From Eledone cirrhosa (lineage: Eukaryota), in the NCBI GenBank assembly GCA_964016885.1, contig OZ024742.1, forward strand, positions 27,776,001 through 27,840,000: 64,000 nucleotides of DNA. Reading direction: 5' to 3'. This document shows positions 37,516-51,949 of the stretch, piece by piece (the first letter of the stretch is position 1; every line of letters starts with the position of its first letter). A model generated the notes under the pieces. That model saw only the letters and a list, made by a program, of their open reading frames with translations. It was not told where the DNA came from and searched no databases. A program made the translations under genes and the position numbers.

Positions 37516-40500
37516 TCATCATCATCATCACCGTTTAATGTCCATATTCCACGCTTGCATGGGTTTGGACGGGAGTTTTCCCACTTGAGGCAAGAGTGGT
37601 TGTCTTGCTCGTATAGGACTGTCTGGCGGGTTTTCTACGGTTGGATGCCCTTCCTAACACCAACCACATTTACAGTGTGGAACTGGGAGGTTTTTACCGT
37701 GTTACCTACACGGCCACATTACAGCGTGGACTATGTGTTTCTTTGTCGTGACAAATATACGACCTCATTTGTTTCGGGCTGGACGTTGTGGTACCAACAT
37801 AAATTTACATTGAAAGGGGTGGTGTGGATGGGGTGGGGATAGTGGGACAGGGGTGTATTTTGTTAGAGGTGCCTACTGACTGTAGTAGGTTTCACTTTGT
37901 ACTTAGGTAAGGCGGGTCTTCTGTATTACTGTGTAGCGGCAAAGCTCTCAGTCCAGTGACATTGTCTTGGAGAGGTGTAAGTGTGTGAGGTCGGAATTTA
38001 TCAAGTCGTCCAAGGTTTTTCTGGGTCTGCCTACTCTGTGGCTACCGTCTATTTTTCTTGCCTTGCACTTTTTTATACAGCTGTCATCTTTCATGCGCAT
38101 TACGTGACTATACCAATATAGCCTTCCCTTGAGTAAACAACATCTGATCCCTCTTATTTCTAATTTTTCCCTTAGTTCGTTTATGCTTTGCCATTCACGT
38201 ATATTACTATTACACATCCAGCGGAGCATGCAAGCTTCATTCCTCTCCAGTCTGCGTATATCCTCTGCCCACAATGCCCAGGTCTCACTGCCATGCAACA
38301 TTGCTGTTCGTATGCAGGCATCATACAGCCTGCCTTTCATTTTTAGGGAGAACCCTTTAGCGGCAAATAGTGGTATAAGCTCTCTGAACTTTTTCCATCC
38401 AGTTTTGACTCTAGCTACTGTACTTTCAGAGCACCCTCCCCCACTGCTGATTTTCTCACCCAGGTAACGGAAGCTGTCCACTATTTCTATAGAACCATCT
38501 GTGCAATGGAAGGAGCTAGTATTTTGTGGGTACTTGCTGCTACTTATTGCACCAGAGCACCGGCCACATATAAAATCTATGTTCTTAGTTAGCTTACCTG
38601 TGATCCCAAAACATCTTTTATGCACCCATACTTTGCATTTGGGACATAAAATGGAGTTTCTATCTACTCCTTTCCTACACACATAGCATGGCCAATTCCC
38701 AGATGGGACCGGCGCCCTATTTTCCTTCCTACAAACTAGAACTTTAGTCTTAGACAGGTTAATTTTAGGACCTTTTGACTCTAGGCCATGCTTCTATGTT
38801 TGGAATTTCTTCTCTAGTTCGGCCATTGATTCAGCTATGAGTGTTAGATCATCTGCGTATAGGAGTTCCCATGGGCAGCCGGTCTTGAACTCCACTGTAA
38901 TAGCCTGAAGGGCGATAATAAATAGTAGGGGGCTAAGAACGGAGCCCTGATGAACATCAGCTTTTACGCTAAACTCTTCACTATATTCGTTGTTAATTCT
39001 AACCTTGCTGACTGTTTCTTTATACATGGCTTGTATAACTCTCACAAGCCATTCGTCAACACCTAGTTTTCTAAGAGCCCACCAGATAATGGAATGGGAG
39101 ACTCTGTCGAAGGCTTTCTCCAAGTCGACAAAAGCTAAGTATAGGGGTTTACCTTTAGCTAGGTACTTCTCCTGTAGTTGTCGTACAATGAAAAGAGCGT
39201 CTGTGGTACTTTTGCCTAACACAAACCTGAACTGCATTTCATCTAGATCAATTCTCTCTCTGATTAGTTGCGGTATTACTTTTTCTGTGACCTTCATGAC
39301 CTGGTCGATTAATTTAATGCCTCTATAGTTACTCCTATCTAGGGCGTCTCCTTTACCCTTGTAGCAGTAAATGATGATGCTGCTACGCCAGTCCTTCGGA
39401 ACAACCCAATTCTCTATGACTTGGTTTACTCTCCGGCTGACCATGGTGTGTCCCACCATTCCAGAAGCTTTCAGCATTTCAGCAACTATTTCCGAAGGCC
39501 CAGCCGCCTTACCCGTCTTCATATCTTTGATTGCCTTACTTATTATACTACCTTCAACTAACACTGCTGGTCCCTCTATAGGGTCGATATGGGGAAGACT
39601 GTCTTTCTCCCATTTATTCTCCTCCTTTAGTAGCCTTTAGTAGTGACACTTCCAAGCTACCTTCTTATCAGCATCAGTGATGGCAAGTACACCATCATCA
39701 TTAAGTACACACTTCTCCCCGACAATATCACGGTTTTCCTTGACACATTGCCTATTAATCCTGAACACCTTGCGTTTTTGGTCCTTGCGTTGTAGAACAT
39801 GCTTGAACTTTCTTTCCTCTGCTTCCCTTCTTGCAAAGTACACTTGTCTCCTAGCTTCCCTCCTGGCCACTTGATAGTCTTCTCTACCTCCCCCATCCCG
39901 CCATACTTTCCAAGCCTGCTTGTTGGCCTTAATTGACTCCTCCACCTTACTGTTCCACCACCATGTTACTCTCCTCCTGCCTATAGGCCTGCTCTAGTAT
40001 GTCTCGTCCTGACTATGAGGTCGCATATTATCAGTCTATGTTGGGAGGTGCATTCTTCATGGGGAAGGGATTTAGTGTTTACAACAGACACTCTGTCACG
40101 TCTTCTGGTAAGGATATAATCTACCTGGCTGGTATGTTCCCCTGATCTGTAGGTGATCAAGTGATTGTCTCGTTTTTAGAAGTTAGTGTTACAGATAGTT
40201 AGGTTATTTGCATCACAGAATTCCAGGATTCTGGAGCCTTCCTCATTTCTAGTACCGAACCCATAGCCTCCGTGGATTCCATCATAGCCGTCACAATGTT
40301 GTCCAACGTGACCATTTAGGTCGCCAGCAATAATTATATAGTCACTGTCGGTTATTTGGGAGGTAGTGAGCATCAGTGTCTAATAGAATCTGTCTTTTAT
40401 AGAGCCAGGCAGTCCGGATTGGGGCGCGTACGCAGATATTACTGTCACAGTTCTATTTAGAACAAGTCTTATTTTAATTATTCTGTCATTCACTCTATTT

Positions 40501-40669
40501 ACGTCTATTATGTTATCCACCCATTTTTCTGCTAACATGATTCCTACCCACCCAGTCCATTGTCATTTCCCACCCAGAAAAGCTTATAGCATCGTTTTTT
40601 ACCCACAATGAATCTAGCAGACCCACCCCTCCACCTGGTCTCTTGGATACAGCAAACATCAACCTCCTT
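37516..40669 (-). mobile_element. RTE family A, longest copy (APE + RT), degenerate, internal deletion near 39995
   Basis: [38 protein letters not shown]; RT ORFs 38794..39564 and 37948..38682. Confidence 0.95.
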
Positions 40670-40829
40670 ATATATATACATATATATATATACATATTTA
40701 TATACATATGTATATACATATATATATACATATATATATATATATACATATATATATACATATATATATATACATATATATATATATACATAGATATATA
40801 CATATATATATATACATATATATATATAC

Positions 40830-40930
<101 letters not shown>

Positions 40931-41932
40931 CATATATATATATACATATATATATATATACATATATATATAGATATATATATACATATATATATATATA
41001 CATATATATACATATATATATATATACATATATATATATACATATATATACATATATATATATACATATATATATACATATATATATAGATACATATACA
41101 TATATATATACATATATATATATACCTATATATACCTATATATACATATATATACATATGTATATATACATATATATATATACACACATATATATATACA
41201 TATATCTATACACATATATATATAATAAATGAAAAAAAACACAGGAAGCAAAATTATATAATTATATTAGGTCCACTTTTAAGTTGGTTTGGATGAAATA
41301 TTTTTATGCAGGTTTTCTATACCCAGATGCCCTTCCTGACACTACATCAATGCCTTATTCGAAGTTGACTCTAAGCCACTAATGTTTTTATTGAACAGCA
41401 AAACTGTACCATATACATTTTTTTATGGTCAGCATACAAAACTACCAACACAGGTTTTCTAATGGTTTCAATATGATGTTTGAAGCAACTAGCATACATA
41501 GACACATAAATATACATAGATACATATATGGTGGCTGCCAACTCGTTTTCGAGTACGGCCACTACTTTATATCCATGTAGGAGAACCCCTACCAATGTGC
41601 TGAACGAGTGTGACTTTTTACTCCAGCCAGCGGCTTGAAAACTCTGGTACAAACACTAAACTTGTGACAATTATTGACACATAGTGCTGGGTCCATGGTA
41701 CCCTGTGACGACAAGTGCAGAGAGATCTCCAGATATAAAGCAATGCCTGTGCTGTGAAGTTTTTATAGTGAGCAAAGGCACTGCACAAAGCCAGTCCCAC
41801 TCTCTTAACCTAGATGATATTTACCAAAAAGAAGAACAAGTCAACATCATATATACATTTATACATACATACATACACATATATATGCAGATATATATGT
41901 ACCCGACCCATATGTATATATATATCTATATA

Positions 41933-42007
41933 CAGAATGTCCCCCAAAATGTATACACACACTTAGAATGCTGCTGAAGTATGTATACATTTTTGGGGGA
42001 CACTCAG
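41933..42007. mobile_element. Tiny Tc1/mariner-type MITE
   Basis: TIR cagaatgtcccccaaaatgtatac / gtatacatttttgggggacactcag; TA flanks; related copy at ~61164-61239. Confidence 0.65.
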
Positions 42008-42627
42008 TATACATACAATATATACATGATGTATACATATAATATATACATGCCATATACATATATATATAATATATACATGATATTGCAAGCAGGGAAA
42101 AGCGGGCGTAAAATGATGATGATGATGATGATGATATAGTATATACTTGATATATACATGATATATAATATATACATGATATATATATATATATATATAA
42201 ATACAAAAATGTAAAAAGCCAATTCAAAATATATAATGTAAGTTAAGTAAGTAGAAAGGAAAATCGGTAAACCATCTTAAAGAATATTTGGCTAGAATTA
42301 AAGAATTAGCTATTGGCATCTGCTCAATAGATAGTTTATATTTGGCATATTGGTTGTTGGTGGGTTGAGTGTTGGTGTGTGGTTTTTGAGGGGACACATA
42401 CATAAAGAGACCAGATATACAATATTGTCAGCATCCTCATCATTTTATGTCCAATTTCTATGGCTTGTGTGCATTGGATGGGTTGTTACGGCCTCAGTCA
42501 GCTCATATTTCATATTAGTGTCCTACTATTAATCCAGAAGACAAAGTCTTGCTCTGATTTTAGCAGGTTATCTATGGTTGGATGCCCTTCCTAGCACCAA
42601 CATACAAACCACCTTTCTCTCTCTCTA

Positions 42628-42665
<38 letters not shown>

Positions 42666-42666
<1 letters not shown>

Positions 42667-42960
42667 GAAGCATATAGACAATATGCCCCCACACCCTCCC
42701 ACTGCAAAGTGGTCGTGGAGGTGCCACGGCAAAAACACCCAGCCCACACTATAAAGTGGACGTGTAGGCGCCATGGAAAAAAAGCACCCAGCACTCACTG
42801 TAAATGAGGTTGGTGTTAGGAAGGGCATCCAGTTGTAGAAATCAAGCCAGAATCAGTTCCTGTATGAACAAGACAAGGTCAGCCGACTGGACACTGCCCA
42901 CTACAGGACAACCTGTCTAACCCATGCTAGCGTGGAAGAACGGACGTAAAACAATGATGA
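42666..42960 (+). mobile_element. RTE family B 3' UTR fragment
   Basis: Matches 9578-9860. Shorter pieces at 34660-34815 (+) and 56574-56750 (-). Confidence 0.88.
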
Positions 42961-42986
42961 GATACACGCATATATATATATATCAT

Positions 42987-43185
42987 AGAGTCAGAACCTG
43001 ACAGCTGGACTCTTGCCAGTTCCAGTATGTAACTAGCTGTTGGAACTAGCAGTTGAAATGGCAAGAGCTCAGCCAGTGGTCAAGCCCTGACTCTTTATAA
43101 TATAGCCATATTTTACTATCCCAAGTATTGAGTACACTGTTGAGTAATGCTCTAACTAGTTTAAAACAAGTTCTATACTGATGTG
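42987..43185. repeat. Diverged palindromic mini-element of the 6818 type
   Basis: agagtcag...ctgactct hairpin (42987-43094), GAAAtggc..gagctc..gcca, then GTATTGAGTAC at ~43125. Confidence 0.6.
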
Positions 43186-43307
43186 TATATATATTAAACT
43201 TTAATATCCTACCTCTGTAACTATGTGTGCCTACACTTTTTTCAAATTATCCGCTGTGAATGTTTGATATGTTTATTTTATATATATGTCATTTGACCTT
43301 TAATTTT

Positions 43308-43386
<79 letters not shown>

Positions 43387-44256
43387 GTATTTATATATGC
43401 ATGCAGTTGATGGTTCAGCAAAAAGAGTATGGAATTCCAAAGGAGATTCTAAATATTCATTTTATTATGGCTAAATAAATATTACTCCAGAGTAATATAT
43501 ATGCATACACAGACATATATATACACACACAAGTACAATTATATATACATGTAATCACATACGCTTCTGCATATATGGCTATCAGTATATGTATTTGTAT
43601 GTATGTATCTGTATGTTTATATGTATGTATGTATGTATGCTCGTACATATATGTGTCTTTGGATGTCTATATTCATATGTGAATGTGTAGATGTCTCAGT
43701 ATGTGTGTAAGTATATGTGACTGAAGAAAAGAGAAAAATAATGAAAGAAGAATATAAGTAGTCACATCAAATTGAACAACAAACTGCCTAAGCTTGTTCC
43801 TTCATTCTATAAGACTAAGTATGGAAACCTTATGAAACCCACTTTTACAAGACCCTTTATGTTATTGGTTTATGTTGACAAGGAGAATGTTTATCAGATC
43901 ACATGGCATAACATTCTCAAAATAATCTCGAATACCTACAATTCCTTTTCAATATTAAATTTACCATATGGACAATTGAAGATTATGACTGGGAGGGGAA
44001 AACAGCTTTAGGGAGAATTCTATGTACTAAATAGAAATACAAGCAAGGGTCTCATGTTTGTTAGATAAGGAATTCAATGATTTTAACTAAGTTTATCCAA
44101 GTAATGAGGAGACAAAATCTTCCTCCAGCAGTGTTTCAAATTAAGAGAGAATACTCCAATAATATCAGTTGATTGATATCTGTGGGCAAAACAAGGACAA
44201 TATCGACAACACTGATTGGAAAGGATCTGGTTTTTAAAGATAATTGGTGAAAGCCA

Positions 44257-44702
44257 TAGTGGATTGGCAGTATCGGTAGAAGGTTGGATGCCATGCTTTT
44301 CAGCAAAGAGTTATGGCTCTTTATGGTCTGAGTTCAAATCCCACCGAGGTTAACTTTGCCTTTCATCCTTACGGGGTCGATAAAATAAAGTACCAGTAAT
44401 ACACTGGGATAATTGCTGGCCTTGTGCCAAAAGTAGAAACAATTATTAGACTTTTACAGGACGGTGGATTGGCCATATCGGTAGAGCGTTGGACAACATG
44501 GTTAGCAGCATAGAGTTATGACCCTTTACATTTTGAGTTCAAATATAGCTTTATCATTTATCCTTATGAGGTCGATAAAGTAGAGTACCAGTAATGCACT
44601 GGGGTCGATAAAGTAGAGTACCAGTAATGCACTGGGGTCGATTTAATCAACTTCCCCCCCTAAAAACTTTTTGGCATTGTGCCTAAATCAGAAACCATTA
44701 TT
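44257..44702 (+). mobile_element. Two tandem family-1 SINEs (44257-44446, 44458-44702)
   Basis: Two heads, B boxes and central domains; the second has an internal ~31-bp duplication. Confidence 0.88.
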
Positions 44703-44881
44703 GGACTTTCACAGTAAAATATATTCTCCTTATGTGGCCAGACTAAGATTAATATCTCCTTCTCTCTCTCTATCTATCTCCAAAATGGCTGACTGAATAC
44801 ACACTTTTATTTTCTTCAATTATTTTTTCTGTTTCTTCCTCTTCTCACTCTTTCTATTTCATCTTTTATTTCCCATTCTAC

Positions 44882-44915
44882 CTTCTGATGAAGGACTAGT
44901 GTCTGAAACGTTAAG
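44882..44915 (+). ncRNA. Minimal type I hammerhead ribozyme in a Penelope-like pLTR fragment
   Basis: ctt-CTGATGA-a-ggac-tagt-gtct-GAAA-cg-TT-aag; related copies on minus strand at ~45215-45245 and 62298-62337. Confidence 0.72.
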
Positions 44916-45386
44916 ACCATTTTCCTGTTATTTCAAGCATTAAACTAATAAATTTCAACATTGTACCATTTTTTTTTTGTTAATTTTGTTTAGTTTTTAT
45001 ATATATATGTGTGCATGTGTGTATGTGCCTGTTTGTGTGAGTGTGTATGTGTGTAAAAATGACGTTTCCTTTATATATTTATATAACCCATGCCAGCATG
45101 GAAAATGGATGTGGTGATGGTGATGATGATGATAAAGGAAAATTCATGAAGGAAAAATAACACACAAGAACTAAACAATGCAATGATGGTGTATTTGTTT
45201 AATAAGTGATATTAATATTTTGGGCACTAGTCCTTCATTGGAATGTAGAATGTGAGATAGAGGGAAAAGGAAAATATTCAACAGTTTTCTTTAATTAGCA
45301 AGGCACTGTTTACATATCAGAAGACCCAACAGCTACAAAAGCATTATTATCAGGATATCCTCTGACATCTCTATAATGCAGTTTAA

Positions 45387-45607
45387 CCCTTTAGCATTTA
45401 AACCGGCAGTATCCAGCCAGAATTCTCTTACCTCTTTCTGTTGAGACTGGCCATAATCGGCTGCTCATACTTATGTTAAGGTATTGTTCTCAAGATAGAT
45501 AATATAAAAGTCTCATGGATTTGATACTATGTGAGATAATTATGTGAAATAAACTGCTTACCATGAAAATATAATAGTAAATATAGAGTAATTTAAATAC
45601 TAAAGGG
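45387..45607 (+). mobile_element. piggyBac-type MITE
   Basis: TTAA-CCCTTTAGCATTTAAA ... TTTAAATACTAAAGGG-TTTA. Confidence 0.78.
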
Positions 45608-45633
45608 TTTATGTAAGAGACCAAACATGTGGA

Positions 45634-45925
45634 CCCTGCATAATAATGCCTTGGCTCATTTGTCACACCTGATTAAAGGTTTATTATTAGCACAAAAAGG
45701 TATTTCACTGACTTACGAGGCTCCCTTCTCTCCAGACATGACATGGCTACTTCTAACTTCTGGTTGTTTCCAAAAATGAAAATACCTCTAAAAGTCAAGG
45801 AAACATCATGTGATCTGCAACAGCAGAGCTGAAAGCCATTGCTGAAGAAACATTTTAGGCATGTTATGAACAGTGGAAGGCTTGTTTAACCAACAAAAAT
45901 TTATATAGTAACATTTTGAAGGCAA
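45634..45925 (+). pseudogene. mariner transposase remnant
   Basis: LHNNALAH (cf. HDNAPAH), APFSPDM (cf. PYSPDLAP), NFWLFPKMK, ELKAIAEETF*ACYEQWK. Confidence 0.8.
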
Positions 45926-48261
45926 CTCTAATGCTGAGTCAAAGTTCAATGGATATTCATGAAGAAGTAAAAATGAATTAATGCTAGTATGGTAACCAAC
46001 ACAAGTAGTGTACTAGGGTAGATTTAATCAAATTAATTTCTTTTCTACAAAACTTTTTACCCTGTAATATGGTAATAAAATGAAAATTTTCTTTTTTCTC
46101 TATTCAAATCTTTCTCTCTGGTATCAATTGATAGAAACATGTTAGTTTTATAAATATAAAATTTCAAACTCAAAGAAATTTCTAGAATATTTTTTGTTAA
46201 AAATTGAATTGAAATTTAAATTTTGTTGTCTGTCTGAAACTGATAAACTCCAGGACTTTATAAATGATGTTCTGAGTTCCGTGTAGAGATTACCATTTAC
46301 AGAGGAAAACAGAAGAGTTCTAAGTGACCAGCATCAAAGGGAGAGAATCATGTTGAATACTTAATACAGAGCATTAAAATAAATCCCTAGAAATATTTGC
46401 TTGAAATCCTCACATGTGTTCTGAGTTCCAGTCCCTTCCAATTACACCCTACTATCTTGAAAAGAGAAGAACGAATTGGATAATGTAGTGTGAGATATGT
46501 AATGCCGAGTAAGAGATGGATGATGTGGTAGCAATGGTGAGAATGCCTTTGATCATAGGTCTGCTCAGTCGTTGCTGATATAGTGTTATACAACAACAAC
46601 AACATTAACAATCAGTACAGCAGCAACAACATGGCTTCCATTCATTCAGAATTTTGCAAGAACGGGGACAATTCAATTGATCTGAGGCCATGTACCAATG
46701 GAACAAACCAATCGATATTGCATGAATATAATGATGATTAAATGAATAGAAATCAAATTTTGAAATAAATACAGATTATGGGACTAAAGAAAGACTTTAC
46801 AGAATTTAATTTAATCCATTGCTATCCAGAAGTCCAACTTTACTGGTGGGGTTGACTTAAGTTTCCATTCCTATAATAGATTTTAATTCAAGTATAAGAC
46901 CAGCAATTTTGAGAGCGAGAGAAAAGATAATAGCATCAACACCAATACATGACTGGTACTTAATTTTTGTTAACCCCTGAAGGATGAAAGACAAAGTTGA
47001 ACTGAATAGAGTTTAAAATCTGCGGGTAAAGAGCTAGAATAAAGGCTGTGATATAAGACATAGCTGTAAGGGGAAACTCACAACAGGGCAAGTGGAGAGC
47101 AGAAGGATCTTATCAAATAAGTGTTTCAGTCCTTCATTCAACATAGTCTATATCAAACAATTGTATCTATTACATACAAAATGTCACGTTCATTAAATGT
47201 GAGATATCAAATGCTAAAATAAAGTCCCAGACTAAATGATTTTTAGTGTTCAGTTTAACTTGTAATTGTTAGCTTAAATAATTCAAAGGTTCACTTGATT
47301 TTCACACAGACACTCACATATATACACACACACTCACATATATACACACACACTGATGGGCTGTGTGGTGAGGAAGTTCACTTCACAACCTCATGGCTTC
47401 AGGTTTGATCCTATGATATGTCCCCTTGGGAATATTTGTTGACACTGCATCTCATTATTGTGTGTGCCATAGGGTGGTGGATTAGCAGAATCAGTAGAGC
47501 GTCGGATAATATGCTTTGCAGTATATGGTTACAGCCATTTATGTTCTGAGTTCAAATTCTGTCAAGGTTAGTTTTGCCTTTCATGCTGACAGGTTCAATA
47601 AAATAAAGTACCAGTAATGCACGGGGGTTCAAAGAAAGCCTCCCCCACTATACCACCCCACCTCACCAACCCACAATACCTTCCCCCAACCTGTTTATCC
47701 AATAAAATAGATTATATCAATAACAATCTCTCATTCCCACCTGAACTTTTCCAAACAGTCTCACTCAGTCTTTCCCTCTCTTTCTTCCATCTCACTCACT
47801 CTCTCTCCCTCCACCACCCACTCCACTCAGTCTATTCCTCTCTCTTCTACCCACGCTCCCCTTCCTCTAGTTAAATCAATCTCTCAGTCTCTCTCTCTCC
47901 CAACCTCTCCTCCACTTCCAACTACTCAGTCCTCTCTTTCTCTCTCTCCACATCTGGCCACCACCTCTCCACAATTAGCCACCACCTCTCCACATTAGAC
48001 CACCACCTCTCAATAATATGATTATCATAAACTCCTCTTTCTCCTAACACTAACATATCTAACACAATCACTGATCATAGTTTATTAAACAATATATAAT
48101 CAGTAAACCACCACCAGACAACAGTCCACTGCACAGGTGCTTTAGTGCAGCTGGTGTATTTAGTGCATGCATGGCGCAGCTGGAGTTTTTAGTGCATATG
48201 AAGTGATTACTAAATATTTATTTTTGAAAATAAAATTAAAAATCTAGAAAATGCTCTCACT

Positions 48262-48595
48262 GCCAAAGCAGCAGGAGCAACAACAACAACAACAACAACA
48301 ACAATAGATATAACAACAGCAGCAGCAACAATAGCAACAACAACAAAAGCAGCAAAAATAACAACAACAACAGCAACTGGAGCAATAATAACAACAGCAG
48401 CTACAACAACAGCAGTAACAACAGCAAAAACAGTTAACAGAAAAAGCAAGAACAGCAGCAGGAACAACAGTAAAAGCAACAACAGCAGTAATAATAGCAA
48501 TAGCAGCAACAGCAGCAGCTACAACAACAAAAGCAACAACAGAAGCAGTGACAACAATAATAGCAATAATAACAACAACAATAACAGCAACAGTA
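48262..48595. repeat. (AAC/AGC/AAT)n trinucleotide microsatellite
   Basis: Direct reading. Confidence 0.93.
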
Positions 48596-48649
48596 AGGGA
48601 ACAACTTTTTGTTATCAACAGGTGTAGTAGCTCTCTAAACTTCAATCTC

Positions 48650-48900
48650 ATTGAGCTACTACGCTCCTAGAACACCCACTTCCACTGCTAATTTGATAAC
48701 CTAGGTAGTAGAAGCTATCAACTACATCTGTGGATCCTACCTGTGATTGAGAAAGGTTTATATCACTGACGCTTTACTTACATACTGAGCATCTCTTACA
48801 TACAAAATCTTCCTTTCCTCTTAGTCTGCCTGCTATCCCACAATATCTCTTATGTAACCAAGATCTGCATCTTGTGTATGTATCTACATATACAAGATGC
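48650..48900 (-). mobile_element. Old RTE RT fragment spanning the PHD insert
   Basis: RCRSWLHKRYCGIAGRLRGKEDFVCKRC ... VVDSFYYLG. Confidence 0.75.
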
Positions 48901-49063
48901 AGATCTATATATGTATATCTATATATGTATATATATATACATATATAGATATACATGTATGTATTATATAAGTCACTATCTGGTTTTAGATGAATTTTAT
49001 GGAACTAGTTTCATAGATTGTGTTGATAAAAGTACATTTTTCCCTGTATTATATATATATATA

Positions 49064-49265
49064 AGGGCAGCGGATTTTCAATATCGGTGGAGTGTCGAAC
49101 AACATGATTTGTGGCATATAATCATGTCCCTATATGTTCTGAGTTCAAATCCCAGTGAGATTAGCTTTACCTTTCCTCCTTATGGGGTTGATAAAATAAA
49201 GTACCACTAACACACTTTCCTCTCCCCACAAAATATGGGGCCTTGCGCCTAAATCAGAAATGATA
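49064..49265 (+). mobile_element. SINE family 1, older copy
   Basis: B box and central domain. Other old copies at ~19850, 21480-21880, 33050, 46900 and 47472. Confidence 0.75.
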
Positions 49266-49284
49266 ATACATATATATATATATG

Positions 49285-50015
49285 TAATTCTTATGCAGGA
49301 CAACAGCTGTATAAAAAAGTGCAGAGCAATAAAAATCGATGGAAGCTACGGAGTGAGTAGACCAAGAAAAACCTGGGATGAGGTGATAAAAACTGACCTT
49401 GCTCACTTACACATCTCTAATATAATTGTTTCTACTTTTGGCACAAGATCAGCAATTACCCAGTACATTACTGGTACTTTATTTTATCGACCCCGTAAGG
49501 ATGAAAGGCAAAGTTAACCTCGGACCATAAAGGGCCGTTACTCTTTGCTGAAAAGCATGGCGTTCGACCCTCTACCGATACTGCCAATCCACTGCCCTTA
49601 ATGTCACTGGATCGAGATCTTTGGCACTATGCAATTAGACAGAAGACCCACCTTCCCTTGCATACAAAATTATACCTAGAGTCAGTAGGCACCCATTAAT
49701 CCAATATACACCCCACTTACACACCCTACTCCATCCTCCCATTTCCGTCCACTGTAAAGTGGTCATGTAGGTGACACGACAAATAGCACCCAGTCCACAC
49801 TGTAGAGTGGTCGTGTAGGAGACACGGTAAAAACGGTCCCATCTACACTATAAATGTGGTTGGTGTTAGGAAAGCATCCAGCTGTAGAAAACCTGCCAGA
49901 AACAGTTCTGTACAAGTGAGTCACTGTCTTCCGACCAATCTCACCTCAAGTGGGATAAAACCGTCCAACCCATGCTAGTATGGAAGATGGATGTTAAATG
50001 ATGATGATAATGATG
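49285..50015 (+). mobile_element. RTE 3' fragment with a nested minus-strand family-1 SINE (49427-49598)
   Basis: [13 protein letters not shown] continues as atgtcactggatcgag after the SINE. Confidence 0.85.
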
Positions 50016-50069
<54 letters not shown>

Positions 50070-50092
50070 ATGTGTGCATATATATATATATC

Positions 50093-50853
50093 TATCCATC
50101 CCACACTCCACATCTCCCCTCTTCCGACCAATCTCTTCACGGATTACACATATGTGAACCTTGATCCCGAGAATCTACCGCATCCCAGGATTTTACTCAG
50201 CATTCCACCACATCTTTTTACGGAATTACCTTTACGATCACCCCAGACACACACCCCAAAATAATTTTTTTTCCCACACGCCACCTACATCCACAACACG
50301 CATAAACACCACACACACACGTGCGTACCACCACATATTTACACATTCAGCCTCCGGAATCCTCTCCCCCCACCCCTCTATCCACACACGCACACACACT
50401 CCGACCTACACCCCACCCCACACACACCTCTTCCTGAACATGCAACCCCGTTCTTCCCCCAACCCTTGCTTTCACATACACACACACATACCTACACACC
50501 ACCTTCAGCCCTCCCCGCTCGGACACCCCGTCTCCCTCTCCACACTCCACCCGCCACCACCTCTACACGCCCCACACCCTTCCACCACCTGTTTTACCCC
50601 ATTTTAATTTTATTTCGATCATGCCTTTATTTTTAGTTTCATTTGCACCGTTTCCTCTCAACCCCTTTTTGCTATATGTCTCTCCACCACTCCCCTACAC
50701 ACCCTTTGAACTCTCTTCCCACACACTTTTCACCTGAAGAAGGGCTTATGCCCGAAACATCATTCCCCAACACCACCCCACTCTCAAGAGCGTGAAATTA
50801 ATAAACCTTTGTTCGTATTGCCTCTCTGTTTTGTTCCTGTTCAATTTTTCACT
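50093..50853 (+). mobile_element. Penelope-like pLTR/3' element with hammerhead at 50734-50761
   Basis: CTGAAGA-a-gggc-ttat-gccc-GAAA-c; inverted homolog at 54356-55417; (TA)n flanks. Confidence 0.75.
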
Positions 50854-50867
50854 ATATATATATATAT

Positions 50868-51260
50868 ACAAATGAGGTCGTGTAGGTGTCACGACAAAAA
50901 ACACACAGTCCACGCTGTAATGTGGCCGTGTAGGTAATACGGTAAAAACCTCCCAGTACAGACTGTAAATGTGGTTGGTGTTGGCAAGGGCGCCCAGCCA
51001 TAGAAAACCCGCCAGACGTGTAGGTGTCACGACAATAAAACACACAGTCCACGCTGTAATATGGCCGTGTAGGTAACACAGTAAAAACCTCCCAGTCCAC
51101 ACTGTAAACGTGGTTGGTGTTAGGAAGGGCATCCAGCCGTAGAAAACCCGCCAGACAGTCCTGAGCAAGACAACCAATGTTCCCTCAAGTGGGACAATTC
51201 CCGTCCAGACCCATGCTAGCGTGGAAAATGGATGTTAAACGATGATGATGATGATGATGA
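50868..51260 (+). mobile_element. RTE family A 3' UTR with internal duplication
   Basis: gtgtaggtgtcacgac...gtagaaaacccgccagac block present twice; (GAT)n tail. Confidence 0.88.
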
Positions 51261-51851
51261 TATATATAAATATATACATATAGATGTGTATATATATATA
51301 TATGGATATATATATGCACACACACAAACACACACACACACACACACACCTGCCACATACAAGCACGTGTGTATGTGTGTGTGTATGTGTCTCTGTGTAT
51401 CTAAATCAGAAATTCACCAAGTTTCTATAGAAAGTAAATTTACAGAGATTATCAATATCTTCATTGATATTATTATTAATTATCGATTTTTTTGTTGTTT
51501 ATGTATGTTTCTTATGTTGTAATTTTTACTATTTTTTTTCATCATTTCTTGGGTTTTTTTTAATATAGTTATTGTAGTTGTTGTTGCTGCTGCAATATTT
51601 ATTTTTGATTTGAGTTTATTAGGCTGACATTCCTCACAAATAGAAATACAAACATGTTTTTTTTCTGTTAGTGTATTGTATGTGAGTTGATGTATTTACA
51701 TACAGGTTGATATATATGTATATATATATATATATATATATAGGTATATTTATACAAATGTATGTGTGTGTGAGTGGTGTGTAATTATATATATATACAT
51801 ATAATAATAATGAAATTATTGTGTAAAGTTCTCATGTACACTACAATATAT

Positions 51852-51882
<31 letters not shown>

Positions 51883-51949
51883 CATATATCCAACCCATGC
51901 AAGCATGGAAAAGCTGACATAAAAACTATGATGATGATTAGGATATATA

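Noticed and set aside
48210-48651. Poly-Cys, poly-Val or poly-Gln protein exon
   Set aside because: Trinucleotide microsatellite without splice or domain support.
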